Positions 1-16,560 of a stretch of 64,000 nt of DNA are shown here, in pieces. Below the pieces are notes generated by a model. It saw only the letters and a list, made by a program, of their open reading frames with translations, did not search any database and was not told the origin of the DNA. The stretch is from Macrostomum lignano (taxonomy: Eukaryota): NCBI GenBank assembly GCA_002269645.1, contig NIVC01000482.1, positions 1-64,000 of the forward strand. The letters are read 5' to 3'. How positions within the stretch are numbered: position 1 is the stretch's first letter; every line of letters begins with the position of its first letter. The position numbers and the translations under genes were made by a program.

Positions 1-450
1 GCCAGTCGCTGGTGTCCGCTTCCCTAGGCGAACACGGGGGAAGCCTGTGCATTTCTTGTGAGCAGGCTCTCTGCAATGGGGTCACCGCGACAGAGGAAGT
101 CGGCAGCTTCCACCCGGCCGACGCCAGTGATCGCAACGTCTAGATCGATCGTATTGGCCGGGTAGCAGCTGGCAGACGACTTTCAGATCGCTGGAATGCG
201 GTTCTGTTGCAGTGAACTCACGTAGCGGGCGGCAGGTGGTCTTGACAACGCCAGGTATCAGTGGACTGGGATTGGAGTAAGCTGCTGCATGAGTGTTAGT
301 AGTGGCAGACGGCCACAGGGGTAAAGCAGATAGGGGGGGGGGGTTGGATTTCACTTCGCCAGCAAGGACGAGGCGGAGACGCACCACAGGGGCTGATCAG
401 AGTGAGTACTGAGAGCGATAAAAAAGGCACTAGGTGCACCCACTGGTGGC
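1..450 (-). mobile_element. Decayed 5' region of a non-LTR retrotransposon (2A-like motif plus Cys/His finger remnants)
   Basis: Hydrophobic stretch, then RLVLAGEVKSNPPP, then YPC(A)VCH...TWRCQ and C...AHKKCTG read across frameshifts. Confidence 0.5.
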
Positions 451-1164
451 CCGAGTCATGGACTCGAGGACTAGGTGGGGGTTCTGTACGAAGCATTCGT
501 TTGCGGCCAGGTCGTTGGTCGTGACCACGAGCTGCTGCGGCAACATTGAATATTCCCTCTGTGCCTCGGTGACAATCTTTTCTCGTGACATCACGAGGTT
601 GCCAGATCGAATAAATAATGATTGTTGGAGCCAAATGGAGTCTTGCATTGCGACCGTCATCATAACTCATCTTTACTCCGTAACTCCGCAGAGGCTAATC
701 GTTAGGCTTCAACACGACTGGAATGGTAATTAAAACAGTTCATGTAAATCGAGTTAGTTTGCTTCTAGTTCGAATGCAGCAATATAAACCCTGTTTTACT
801 GAAATTTTATCTACATAAAATGAAGACAAAGATGTACGCAGTGGCGACAGTAAAAGCAGACGAAACATGGCCGTGACAGTAAGCGATTTATTTAAAATAA
901 ATAATAATAAATAAATTTTTGAACGCCCGTACGAAAAGAAAAATAAAAAAGGCAGAAGTATTTATTTGAAGACGTTTTTTAAAGAGCCATGCTCCACCTA
1001 ACCAAGAACAGCCCACCGGGGTGAGGTTGCACTCCAGCCCTTAAATCGCATACTTACATTGCTGATTTAAATTGCTTCAAATTCTACCTTTGAATCGTTG
1101 ACGATTGACATAGAAAAAAATCTGATTTAAAATTTGATGCACATTTATTATTGCAACATTCCTA

Positions 1165-2134
1165 AGGTAATGCTGGCACTACGGCCCAGCCAAGCCATGG
1201 GGGTGGCCAACCGCCTGCCTGCCGATCAGCCGGCCCTGTTTGAGCTGGTCGGCTGCCTGACCGGACCGGCTAAGCCGCTGCGATGGCGGAACATCATCTC
1301 TGACAGCAGCTTACCAGTGGCCGATAATAATAATAACAACAAAACCAGCGTAGGCGAGTGGGATTTCTTCCTTCGCGATTCGATTGGCGGAGGCGAACCG
1401 TTGCGCTGCGTCTACTTTGAGATGGACGAGACGGAAGACAACAATCAAGTGAGAATGTTGATTAGATGCCATGTATTTGACTACTGTCTATTCACTAGTA
1501 ATATCTCTGAGTCATTGCATATGGCTATTTCGTATACAACTTTTGTATATATTTGTATATATGACAGAGTAAGGGGGAATAGAGGAGAGAAGAAGACAGA
1601 GAAGAGGAGTGGAAAGAAGAGAGATGAGAAAAGACAACCCCTGAGCGGGCCGTGGATTGCTTTTGTGAAGTTTCAAAGGACCCGGTGGCCGGATAAAGAG
1701 GCATCGCGGGCCGGAGTTTGCCCACACCTGGCATACACAGATTGTACTCGGTAGTTTTCATATCTATTAATGGGTATAAGTTACATATAATATGACGTCA
1801 TTCTCTGACCAGTTTATTTTTTTAGTATCAAAGAGCAGTAGATCAGAGAAAGCTTCTCATCTGCAATCTGATTTGTTTGTCAACCAGGCCAGGCAGCTGC
1901 TTCTTCAAAAGCAGGCGCAGCCGCAGACTGTCAGATGCGTTGGACAGATTTGCCTCAGCCAGACCTGGTTCCAGTGCTATTCTGTTCGGGTATGTTCTCA
2001 AAACGAGACTGGCCAGCACGCTCTATGTCGTCGAAAATGCGAAACAGACTGGTGGAAGCTGTTCCAACAGGACTGACGAGGATTCTTGCCTGGTACAGCA
2101 CGTTGTTGTGGTAACAGTTAGCACTGATATTTAA
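1165..2134 (+). CDS. Possible two exons of an unidentified gene
   Basis: GC-rich open stretches ~1168-1447 (donor caa|gtgaga) and ~1888-2134 (acceptor caaccag); no recognisable domain. Confidence 0.3.
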
Positions 2135-2679
2135 AGTTTCCGCAAGATAAATTAGCAACCGAGTGGTCAAATTTATAAAGTTTAATTGCTAGATAAGTAG
2201 TTCTTTTTTTACTTCTTCCACTCTTTGCTTTATTTTTTTTCTCAGCATTTCGTTATCTGTTGTGTTTTTATCCAGCCATATAGTTTTCCATCTTTTTGTT
2301 TTTTTCATAGTTGCATTTTGTGGAATTTATCTCAATCACTAAGCTTTTGTTGGTTTTTTGTGGCATTTGATGGTTTTCTTTGTTTTGTTTTGTTTTTTAA
2401 ACATATACACGTAAATAAACAGTATCGTTACTCTTTCATAATTTAAAAAGATTGTGCGAGTATTATCGTTTATTTCTTATTTAATCGAGTTTGGGAAGCA
2501 TAAGTGTTTTAATTTCTTGGATGTGAGCCTGCTTTTGCTTAGAACTCTTCCATTTTGTAAATTGAATATAGAAGGACCGGGAGCACGAGAATTTCCCGCC
2601 GAGCTTTGCCCGCATTTTTTACTTGCAATTTTCCCCCGAGCGAATTACCCGCTGAGTTTTTCCCAAGGCGCCTAGTCTG

Positions 2680-3500
2680 ACTCAATAGATGACGTTCCAG
2701 GAACGCAGCCACTTCAAGTTGGTCCAGAGACCCAGAAGACACAGCTCCCTCTGATTGGCGGAGCAGCTGAACAGATAGGTGACGTTTTGGGGGTTCCAGG
2801 CCACAGTCTACGCTGTCCGTAACGGACAGCGCCGAGAAAAGCGTGAAAACGCCGTGAAAACGTTGATTCTTGCTTGAAAGTCGCGGAACAGCGAGCAAAA
2901 GCTTGAGCGCAGCTCTGCCAGGATGCACCGTATGCGGCGGGGGAGCTGTCTCGTAGCAATGGATCTCCGGCCGGTCTCCAATGATGCGATTGAGGCAGCC
3001 TATTAAGCGTGTCCTGGACCAGTCCGCGTTTAAATGTTCCGCGGTGAAAATGGCGGTCTTCATGAGCCTGTGTGGCGGCGGCAGAGCTGACAGGTGGTGA
3101 CACGGATGCTCAGGACACCGGGTCACGAGCTTGAACCGGAGCAACAGGAGGCGATAGCTTGTAGTGCTGGCGGACGGGGAGCAGCCGGACCTTACAGTGG
3201 AGGTCCGCTTCAGGCGTTAAAGCAGTGCAGTCGTTGATGCAACGGATGGCCGCGTTCTGGACACTGCAGCTGAGTCCAGGAGGTCTGGAAGATGATGGGG
3301 CCCCAGGCATAGGCGTGTCTATAGAAGGCTTCCGTCGAACGCCTTGTAATTAGTCAGCAGCAATTTTTTAAATCAGTCCCAAGTTTAACCGGCCAGACAG
3401 CGCCAATACTAGTTCTCTTCCGCACTTTCTCCGCCAGTCTCGAGAAGAAAGCTTGGGGTCGAAATTGACGCCCGAAATCTTCCATTTAAGCTGCTCTGCC
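2680..3500 (-). mobile_element. 3' end of a non-LTR retrotransposon (I/Ingi-like group, tentative), degraded RT C-terminus
   Basis: KISGVNFDPKL, VQNAAIRCINDCTALTPEADLHCKVRLLPVRQH, HPCHHLSALPPPHRLMK, CLNRIIGDRP, LEVAAFL; frameshifted. Confidence 0.7.
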
Positions 3501-3544
3501 CGATGTGCTTCAACGGTATTGTATGTACGTCCCTATATGGTTTG

Positions 3545-3640
3545 TACACGAGGGCCAACCCCCCCCCCTCCCAAGGCGCAGTGTGTACATGCTCACCGCT
3601 GATTGTGGGACGATGTCGATGAAGGCTTGTGTCAGGGTCA
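3545..3640 (+). mobile_element. Internally deleted SINE-like copy
   Basis: GAGGGCCAACCCC...CAAGGCGCAGTGTGTACATGC followed by GACGATGTCG, as in the other copies. Confidence 0.45.
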
Positions 3641-4203
3641 GGGAAAAAATTTCTCTGCGTTCTTCAAAATGAAATGTTTATTAAATGCCAACTGAAAGAT
3701 GCAATGCACGTTTTTTTGCTCGTGCCTTTAAAGAAGCTTTACCCGTAACTAAGCTAATTTTTTGCTAAACTAAAAATCTACAGAAGCATTTTAAGTTCTA
3801 AAATTTAATTTTAAAATGCTAAGGAACTTTGAAAGACGGTTTCGTTGCGGTAAAATGTAACGTTGGCAACGTAAATGTATTAAAAATTAACATTGCAGTC
3901 TGGTGAAAAAATATTATAGCGTGGATAGAACTAACTATTAGCTCCTAAAACTACTCTAGATTCTATATTTGGCTATAGCTAAGCGCCTCTAAAATAAAAA
4001 GCCATACCTACCACCTAATAAAAATCCATGGAGCATTATAAAATTCACTAAATCGTACGTAAAAGCAGCATTGCGTGTTAAGAGTTCTTTCCAACTTTTT
4101 ACTCTGCCTACCCAAACTTCAATGCATGCATTTTCACTTTGTTGGACACGTCACTATGCTATAAACTCAATGTCTGTATCGAAGCTAAAAATTCTTGCCG
4201 TGG

Positions 4204-5351
4204 CTAGCGCGTTATTTCACTGTCCTGAGCTCGCGGCTTCATTACCCACGACAACTGGCGCTTCAGCAGATTCTGGCACTGCTCAATGCTGACCGGCTGG
4301 TTGGCCCGCAGGATGCAGAAGTTTTTCGGCGCTCCAAATCTAGATTGGGCCATCTCCGAACGGACCTCGATGTCGCACTGAGTTATGCTGGAAATTTTGC
4401 GAATACGCCGGTCGTTCGGGTCGCAGATCACTTTCTCCAGCTGTTCAACAGTCCAGTTGAGTATTTGAAAGCAGCGACTGACCGGCTGCGACGTTTTTGT
4501 ATCATCGTTGGATGGTTGGGTTTCTCCTGCTGCATCGCAGGTGATACCGAAGTTTGTGACCGGGTAACTTGGGTCGCACTGTCCCGATTCCGGGGCCACG
4601 CGCAGCAGTGTTTCATTGCCGGCTGTAAAATTCAGGTTGGGTACATGTAACAACTACTGGGACAGAACAACAAGCCTCCAACCGGATCGGAGGAGGTGGG
4701 TGGCACGGGTCAGAGACACGGAGGGAGGAGCGCGAACGGACGAGATAGAGGAAGCAGTACAGAGCGCATAAAGTGTACAGAGCAGGGCAAGGAGCGGTGC
4801 CCAACCGGCCATCAACCCCCGCAAACGTCCTCACAAAAAGGCCTCGCTAATCAGTATCTTTCTTTGGACTTTACTAAAATAAAAATGGAGTGGAAGACGT
4901 CTGTACATGGAGATCAAATGGAATTTTCCAACGGCTTACCATTACGAGCGCTACTAAAAAAGTCACAATTACTCACAGGTAGCGAAGTCGTTAGCTAAGC
5001 TTTCTACACTGCCGCTCGGCCCGCCGAAACCAGTTGTTGGTTCCATCATTGCATTGGCAGCTGTGCCAGCCGCAGCGGGACTGGTATCGGCTGCAGCAGC
5101 GGCCGTCTCGTCATCAGCCGGGTCGGCCATCAAAAGCCCTCGCTGAGCGGGAAGCGATGGGCGCAGTTGGGACACTGCACTCGAAGTTCGTTCAAGGCTC
5201 CGGTGATGACCGAGCCATCGTCATCCGAGCCGTCAGCGTTGCAGCTGCTGCGACGGCTATCGGACGCGATGCTGCTCTCGTCGCCGTTTGGAACCCGATG
5301 TTGCGGCTTCCTCACTCTGTAGTTGGATGTGCTGCTTTGGTAGCCGCTCAT
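4204..5351 (-). CDS. Two-exon gene with a C-terminal degenerate KH-like domain; apparent frameshift in exon 1
   Basis: Exons ~4977-5351 and 4204-4622 (T|gtgagt ... ttttacag|CC, phase 1). LEKVICDPNDRRIRKISSITQCDIEV resembles a KH core lacking GxxG. A TGA/ATG overlap occurs at ~5130. Confidence 0.5.
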
Positions 5352-5715
5352 TCTTTTATTGAGTGCTTATAATTTTACTAACAATTATTTTGATCTCTTC
5401 CAAGCTCTCAATCAGTCAGTTCTGTCTAAGATAAAGTATGCATTGGTGGTGAATTTTGCCATAGAAGTTACAAAAGTTACAAAAAATCTTTTTCCGGGCA
5501 GTGACACTTTCCATAAAGCAAGCAGAGAAACTTGATGAGGAGCCTGGTGTGCTGCAGCCTGTCGATTTTATAGTAGAGATCGGCAACCACTAACATCTGC
5601 ACACTAGCCAGCATAGGGCATGTATAACATGTATCTAGCTGCTGGACAAGCATAACTTTTAATCCTTGGCAGGGACAATTCTGAAAGACGCAGGTCTGCC
5701 TATAGTTTTCGGCTG

Positions 5716-6495
5716 TTGTTGTTGTTAAACGAGGGTGGGAAGCTCTGCTACCCGCGGATCAGCCCGGGGTGGGCTCTGCCGCTGAGGGGCACTACCAGGG
5801 GCCAAGGCATTAACTGTCCAGGGCCCGAGATACCCCTTGGATACATTGGGATTGGACCCAGCTTAAAGCTAGGGAAAGGGCGAGTTGACCCAAGCCTACG
5901 GTACAAGACACCGCCAACCCAAACAGTGGAATCAGGGACGGTGCTAGGACCGAGTCCACCCAGGCCACCCCCCAGCTATGCGAGTCCTCGGAGTGCGCAG
6001 AAAAATTGGAGAGCGAAATGCTACTAAGAAAGCGGTCCGAGTGAGGAGTTACTCCTAAACCTACGGAAATGGCTTAAACTATTGGAGCGAGTCTGGGCAG
6101 CTAATTACCAAGAGCGATCCTATACAGGGGGTTCGGGAGCCCTGAAGGTCTCGAGCCTCAAGGCTTTTCACTACCCAGCTCTATTTTGGAGTGAGTCTGG
6201 AAGGCTTGTATCCGAGGGGTAGACTCCAGGCGGGAAGACCGTCCACCTCTATTGCTACCAGCCCAAGGGCATCGCCTATCCAGCTCATTATTGGGGGCCA
6301 GGCCAAGGGGTCGGGAGAAGAGGCACCCAGGGCAAGAGGACTCCGGACTCAGCCGGTTGTCCCCGGTTCGGGACGAACATCCTTCCCAGGACACCAATCC
6401 ACTGTCAGGATGAGAGCCAGAGACACGCAAGCAGGGACCTTTCAGCAGGAGCCAGGAGATGGACCCGAGGACAGGGCAAGTTTTCGGCTGTAAGT
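5716..6495 (+). other. GC-rich island of unclear origin, possibly the 5' part of a retroelement
   Basis: Starts at a (TTG)n run and contrasts with AT-rich flanks; only short ORFs and no recognisable motif. Confidence 0.25.
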
Positions 6496-7279
6496 CAAAG
6501 TCTAATTTTATAATCATTGTAACTATATATTTTCGAATTAACAAAACTTTTAATAACGCGCTTTTAGTCGAAGTCTACTATATGCGAGCTAAAAACTTTA
6601 CTATTTTAAAGCAGATAAACTAATTTAAAGCAGCAACTACATGTATGAAGCATATAGTTATTCTGGCATTAAAAGAATTGTACGTAAAAATCCAAGCAGA
6701 GTACAATCAGATCTGCAGTCTTTTGTCGCTTCTTGTAGCTTTCTCAACCTGGTTGCAGAGCTGAGCAGTCGGTCTCACAGCGGGTAGACCATTGTCTCGT
6801 ACAGCTGAGGAACTATAGCTGGTCGTACCTAGAAATTTATAGTTTAAAGAATCTATTAGCTGCAAATTACACTTTTTCAACATCCTTAATAACAAGCTAG
6901 TGTGGACCAAATCGCCAAGCAAGGCAGCAAAACAGGCAAAGCAAGTAGTTCGGTCCATTGTCCCCTCTCTCTCAACCGAGCCATGAGTCATTTAAGGGAG
7001 ATGTACATGTTCTTCTCTGGCAACGTGCCAGATATATGTATGTAAATTGACAAATCTTTTTTTGCGTATTTCCTCTATGTAATCTTGCGTTTAGTGGCCC
7101 CCAATTGGGTCGTTTTTTATTTTTGCATGTTGTGTACAATCTATTTAGAGCGTCTCGTATAATAGTTATACGATCGATAATTTAGACCTCCGTGCGCGTG
7201 GCGCACGAAGAGGTCCAGTTTTATTACTTTTTAATTATAACCCGCCTCACCTCGGTCAACCACCTCTCATCTCTCTCCT

Positions 7280-7612
7280 GAGAACACGAGAAATGCCCAC
7301 AGACGAATTGCCCGCCGAGATTTTTCCCGCCGAGGTTTGCCCGCAATGCTTCTTTCCTACAGCGCATTTGGCCACGCGGAAGATTTTGTCTGCATTGCCT
7401 CCCCAATGCTTAATAAGTCTTAAGAAAGAGATTCACCCAATCAAACGTTTTGATATTAAATGCATATCAAATGCATATTATTTTTTTGTGGGGGGGGGGC
7501 ATTGCAGACGGAATCTAGCTGCCAATTGCGCTGTAGGAAAAAGCATTGCGGGCAAACCTCGGCGGGAAAAATCTCGGCGGGCAATTCGCTCGCGGGAAAT
7601 TCTCATGGACCC
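7280..7612. mobile_element. MITE with ~120-bp terminal inverted repeats
   Basis: GAATTGCCCGCCGAGATTTTTCCCGCCGAGGTTTGCCCGCAATGCT (7305-7350) is inverted at ~7543-7587; a related TIR fragment lies at 2575-2675. Confidence 0.8.
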
Positions 7613-7756
7613 CTCTCTCCTCTCGCTCTTCCGATTTTACATGTAGGAGCGATTAAAAAGTTCACTGTCCGTCTGTTGCTAAATTTAGCTTCAAGTGTTA
7701 GTTCAGTCCTAATTAATTATTTTTCCCACTAGCAATTGGACACCACGGTTTCTACA

Positions 7757-7923
7757 CCCGTGTAGCAATCCGACGTCGGCCGACGTTCCCGATATCTATC
7801 GACGTCTCTAACAAATATGTACTTTTACATTGCATCGACGTTCAACTGACGTTATAGCATCGTTATCCGTCAATGTAATGTAAAAGTACACGTTTGTCGG
7901 CAACGTCGAATTGATGTACGGGA
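7757..7923. mobile_element. Small MITE-like inverted repeat element
   Basis: CCCG...CGGG ends; TCGACGT and TGTACTTTTACA blocks mirrored at both sides. Confidence 0.45.
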
Positions 7924-8136
7924 GAAGCATATCTCATTACAGTTCTTCCCACTGCATGGCCCTCTTGCGGCATGGAAGAGGAAACCGTTGAGCAACACCT
8001 TACATTCTGCCCTGAGCTGAGGACTTCCAACTCTATCTATGAACTGCGCGCCCTCGTCCGGGGCACGTATCGATGGATAAACATTTCTCACGCCAAGCTT
8101 TAGTGCGCTAAATTTTCAATTGGACTTTCCAACAGC

Positions 8137-13018
<4,882 letters not shown>

Positions 13019-13914
13019 TGCTGTGTGTTTGTTTTTCTAGTTCAGCAATAATTGCTCTTTCAGAGCGAGGTTTTTGCAAGTAGCAACCCGCTGTCGGGGT
13101 ACTTCATGCCATTAATACAGCTCACTTGAATGCCTTCGGACGCGGGTGGGGGTGGAGGTTTGTTTTACATTTCCAGTGGTTGTGTGCCCCAGTAACTAAG
13201 CAGCAAAGCATTTTCGCTTTCTCCGAGACCATTAGCACAAAGGTAAATATTGACATGGGCAGTCAGAGGGTGTAGGCTACTAGCCGCCGAAAAATTCCAA
13301 TTACTATATAGCAGAGAAATAAAGAAAAAACTCACAATAAAAGGTAAATAAATATATTTGCGCAGAGCCAAGTCTAAGTCAAGCTCTGCATGCTGGTTAA
13401 CTATACATGCCCTGGTTTAACATACCATAGCTTTGTATTTGCATCAGCCCATGCCTAGCCCAAAGTCAAGTATCAAAATTTATGCTTTGGATGGCTTAGT
13501 CAAAGAGCGTTTGAGCTTTGAAGATCTGTTCGTCAGAAAAGGCACTCTTTGCACTGCGACTCTTTCTGATCGTGAGGAAATGGTTTTCTCTGCACTTTGA
13601 CTCTCTCATCTGATGGTGAGAAGAATCTGCAATTTGAAACCTCTGTTAGCTTAATTCAGAACTATGTCAGTCTTGTGAAGGTCTATAGATTCAAGTTAAA
13701 GTTGGGTGAGCTGAAGTACTCAATCAAAACTCAATGAGGCATAACGACATGAAGTTTATGCGGAATTAATCTCGTGGGTTTCAAACTGCAGCGCAACTTG
13801 ATAAAAAGTTTTTATTTGATCTTTCCGATTTCTGCATTTTATCTCGTAGTTACTGTCAGGTTTATTAGTAGAGCTGTGTAAGAAGTTTCGCTTCCCGACA
13901 TGAGTTTAAGTTGA

Positions 13915-14667
13915 TCACTCGAACGGCGACAGGCACTCGGCCACTGCACCGATGTATTCTTCCGAAAAGTTTGAAAAGTCGTTCAGACCAGGTAGCGCAT
14001 TATGGATTGACACACAGTCCTCAGCTCCTATTTTGTCGTCTGGCTGACTTATGTCGCTCGAGTCCCACAGGCTGCCCTCAATGCTGGAGTTGCAGCTGGC
14101 CCAGAACCAGCCTCCGCTCGGCTCCTCGCTGCCGGGCAGCTGCCAGCCACCGAGCATCACGCTGGTCGACGGCTCGTTGGGCACGAAGCTCTTGACGTGG
14201 CTGATTTCGGCAGAGTCGGTGATGTCAGCCATGATGGTAAGTCCGGGCTCAGCATCGATGATGGACTTCGCCAAAAAGAAGTCCTTGAAACCGGGATAAA
14301 ACTTGTACTTTGTGCCGCAAAGGTCGTCAGAGAATCCGGCAGGGCACAGACCTCCGGGCGGCAGTCCCGGCTGCTGCCTCACGAACACCGGCGCCCTGCG
14401 AGTGCAGCCGCAGTCTCTCACGCGCTTACTGCACCTGTTGAACACGAACAGCTGGCACGGACCGTCGGCCAAGCTGAACGCCTGACAGTCTCGTTTTGAG
14501 TTGCACAGGCCTGCGCACACGATTTTGGACGAGGCATCGCTGCGAGTCTGCACGAACTCGGGCCTGATGCACTGCAGACTGTCGAGCTCGAAGTAGCGGA
14601 CGGCAGAGGCGGCAGCCAGCAGTGCAGCCGCCGCCGCAGCAGCGACGAGGCCCAGGCGGCGAGTCAT
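13915..14667 (-). CDS. Secreted PAN/apple-like plus C-type lectin domain protein, intronless
   Basis: Signal-like MTRRLGLVAAAAAAALLAAASA; CAGLCNSKRDCQAFSL..C (PAN); GGWQLPGSEEPSGGWFW...QPDDKIGAEDCVSI...LNDF (CTLD with QPD). The ORF extends upstream to 14733, but ATG 14667 fits a signal peptide better. Confidence 0.85.
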   Translation of the reverse strand: MTRRLGLVAAAAAAALLAAASAVRYFELDSLQCIRPEFVQTRSDASSKIVCAGLCNSKRDCQAFSLADGPCQLFVFNRCSKRVRDCGCTRRAPVFVRQQPGLPPGGLCPAGFSDDLCGTKYKFYPGFKDFFLAKSIIDAEPGLTIMADITDSAEISHVKSFVPNEPSTSVMLGGWQLPGSEEPSGGWFWASCNSSIEGSLWDSSDISQPDDKIGAEDCVSIHNALPGLNDFSNFSEEYIGAVAECLSPFE

Positions 14668-15339
14668 CGTTGCCAAGAGGCGATTGACAAAAGCCGCGAG
14701 CGCGAGAGTTGGTTCAAGCCTTAAATAGGACATTTCGCTTTTTTGCTATTAGACTGCTTTTTAAAGCTTTTAGCCACTTAAGCCACGAGGTGAGAGATTG
14801 ACTTGATTTTTTTGTTCAGAAATGCAAAGCAGCTTGAATTACAGCTTTTTTTCACATTGCGATCGATCAAAGGATTCTTAGAAACTGAATAGTGGTGCAT
14901 TAATAGTAAATAGCGTTAGGCGAGGTGGAAATTTAGTGACACACAGACCATGGAACAGCGCTGACACAGTGCCGTCAGTCACACACCCGAACATCATCTC
15001 GTTAGTGCAGCATTTGTCCTCAGGCATTTCTTAAAAATTCAAGTCAAAGCAGAAGAGTTAAAGCCTACTCGTCAGTAGTATAAATAGCCGAGCTGGCTAC
15101 TTAAATGCTTGCATGAGGTCGACCCATATGGTGATAATGAAGCACACAGATTGTGAACCAGTTAAATACTGACTTTGCACCTCTACCACTTGACAAGACT
15201 CCAGACATCGAGTTGAATTCATCAATTCCAGACGAGGAGTTTCTCGGTTTAGTTACAGAATTTTTTGTTTGGAAGCGAGATACTATAAATTTTAGCATTT
15301 CAAGAACAGACCTAGCAAGTGTTTATTAAATCTGCTTGA

Positions 15340-15722
15340 ATCTTGACATCTCTACAATTTCCCCATGAGCCTTGACATCTCAGCAATTCCCCATGAGCCT
15401 TGACATCTCAGCGATTCCCCATGAGCCTTGACATCTCAGCAATTCCACATGAGCCTTGACATCTCAGCAATTCCCCATGAGCCTTGACATCTCAGCAATT
15501 CCCCATGAGCCTTGACATCTCAGCAATTCCCCATGAGTCTTGACATCTCAGCAATTCCACATGAGCCTTGACATCTCAGCAATTCCACATGAGCCTTGAC
15601 ATCTCAGCAATTCCACATGAGCCTTGACATCTCAGCGATTCCCCATGAGCCTTGACATCTCAGAAATTCCCCATGAGCCTTGACATCTCAGCAATTCCCC
15701 ATGAGCCTTGACATCTCAGCAA
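15340..15722. repeat. 28-bp minisatellite (~13 units)
   Basis: CCCCATGAGCCTTGACATCTCAGCAATT in tandem. Confidence 0.95.
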
Positions 15723-16204
15723 TACCTCCTGTGAGTCACAGCATTTCAGCAGGTCGCTCGATAAGCCATGGCACAATGATTATTCTCAAAAATTTCACAA
15801 TGATCGCCCATTGAAAGCATTGTGAAAACTTGTTTTTTTATGAATATTGTATGCTTAATCGCCTTAGCATCCAGAAATTTCTTATCTATAGTAGATGTAC
15901 CGTCACTTAAAAATGTCTGATCGAACGGTGCAAGTTTAGGAGAATTATTTGTGCTTGCTGTTATTTTTGGGCACAGGGGGTTGACAAAAATAAGCAATGA
16001 ACTAAGTGGTGCAGGAAGTCGCATTAGATAAGTCATGCTGCATGTGACTGCTTACATATTGGTATTACATAGGAAATCCTTGGGTTGCGCTCCTTTGTCA
16101 TCATTAGTTGACTGAAAGAGACTATAGGTAAGTTCTAGAGTTTAAATAAACTGAATTTCTATTTGTAGAGGTTATGAAGAACTGTACGGTCAATTCATAG
16201 GTAC

Positions 16205-16560
16205 CTGTTAGCGCGCTGTAGCCCAGCGGCCCAGGCTCGATTCCAAGTGCAGTCACATCAATTTGGGGCTGAATTGGAATCTCGGCTTGGCTCTGCTCGT
16301 GCAATTAACGCCATTGAGGGCCAGCCCCCAAGGCACAGTGAAGTGTACATGCCTAACGATAATATAAAGTTAGGCCCGCTGTACACTCCTGTGGCCCTAC
16401 GACTGCGTACGTATCCGCGCGCTTGTGTGCCTGCTCAGGGGAGTCGGCGGAATGGGCAGCAATGCCTCTCGCCAGTTGTGTGCCTATGTCACTTAAAGTG
16501 CGCCAGGGTGCACACAACCTCCAATAAAAATGGGTATCCTATTAGCATGCTAGCGCATTG
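16205..16560 (+). mobile_element. tRNA-derived SINE-like element
   Basis: B-box-like GGCTCGATTCC at 16234-16244; internal hairpin 16332-16396; AGTCGGCGGAATGGGCAG shared with the 19005-19265 copy; 3' AAATGGGTA motif. Confidence 0.65.

Noticed and set aside
5716-6495. HDV-like or hammerhead ribozyme at a retroelement 5' end
   Set aside because: I could not find the required nested pseudoknot pairings or the CUGANGA/GAAA core by eye.
7155-7173. loxP-like site (TCGTATA...TATACGA)
   Set aside because: The spacer is 5 nt rather than 8 and the outer ATAACT arms are absent; chance or TE-terminal palindrome.
16205-16260. tRNA gene
   Set aside because: Only a B-box-like motif without a cloverleaf; it continues into a dispersed repeat body, so it is treated as a SINE head.
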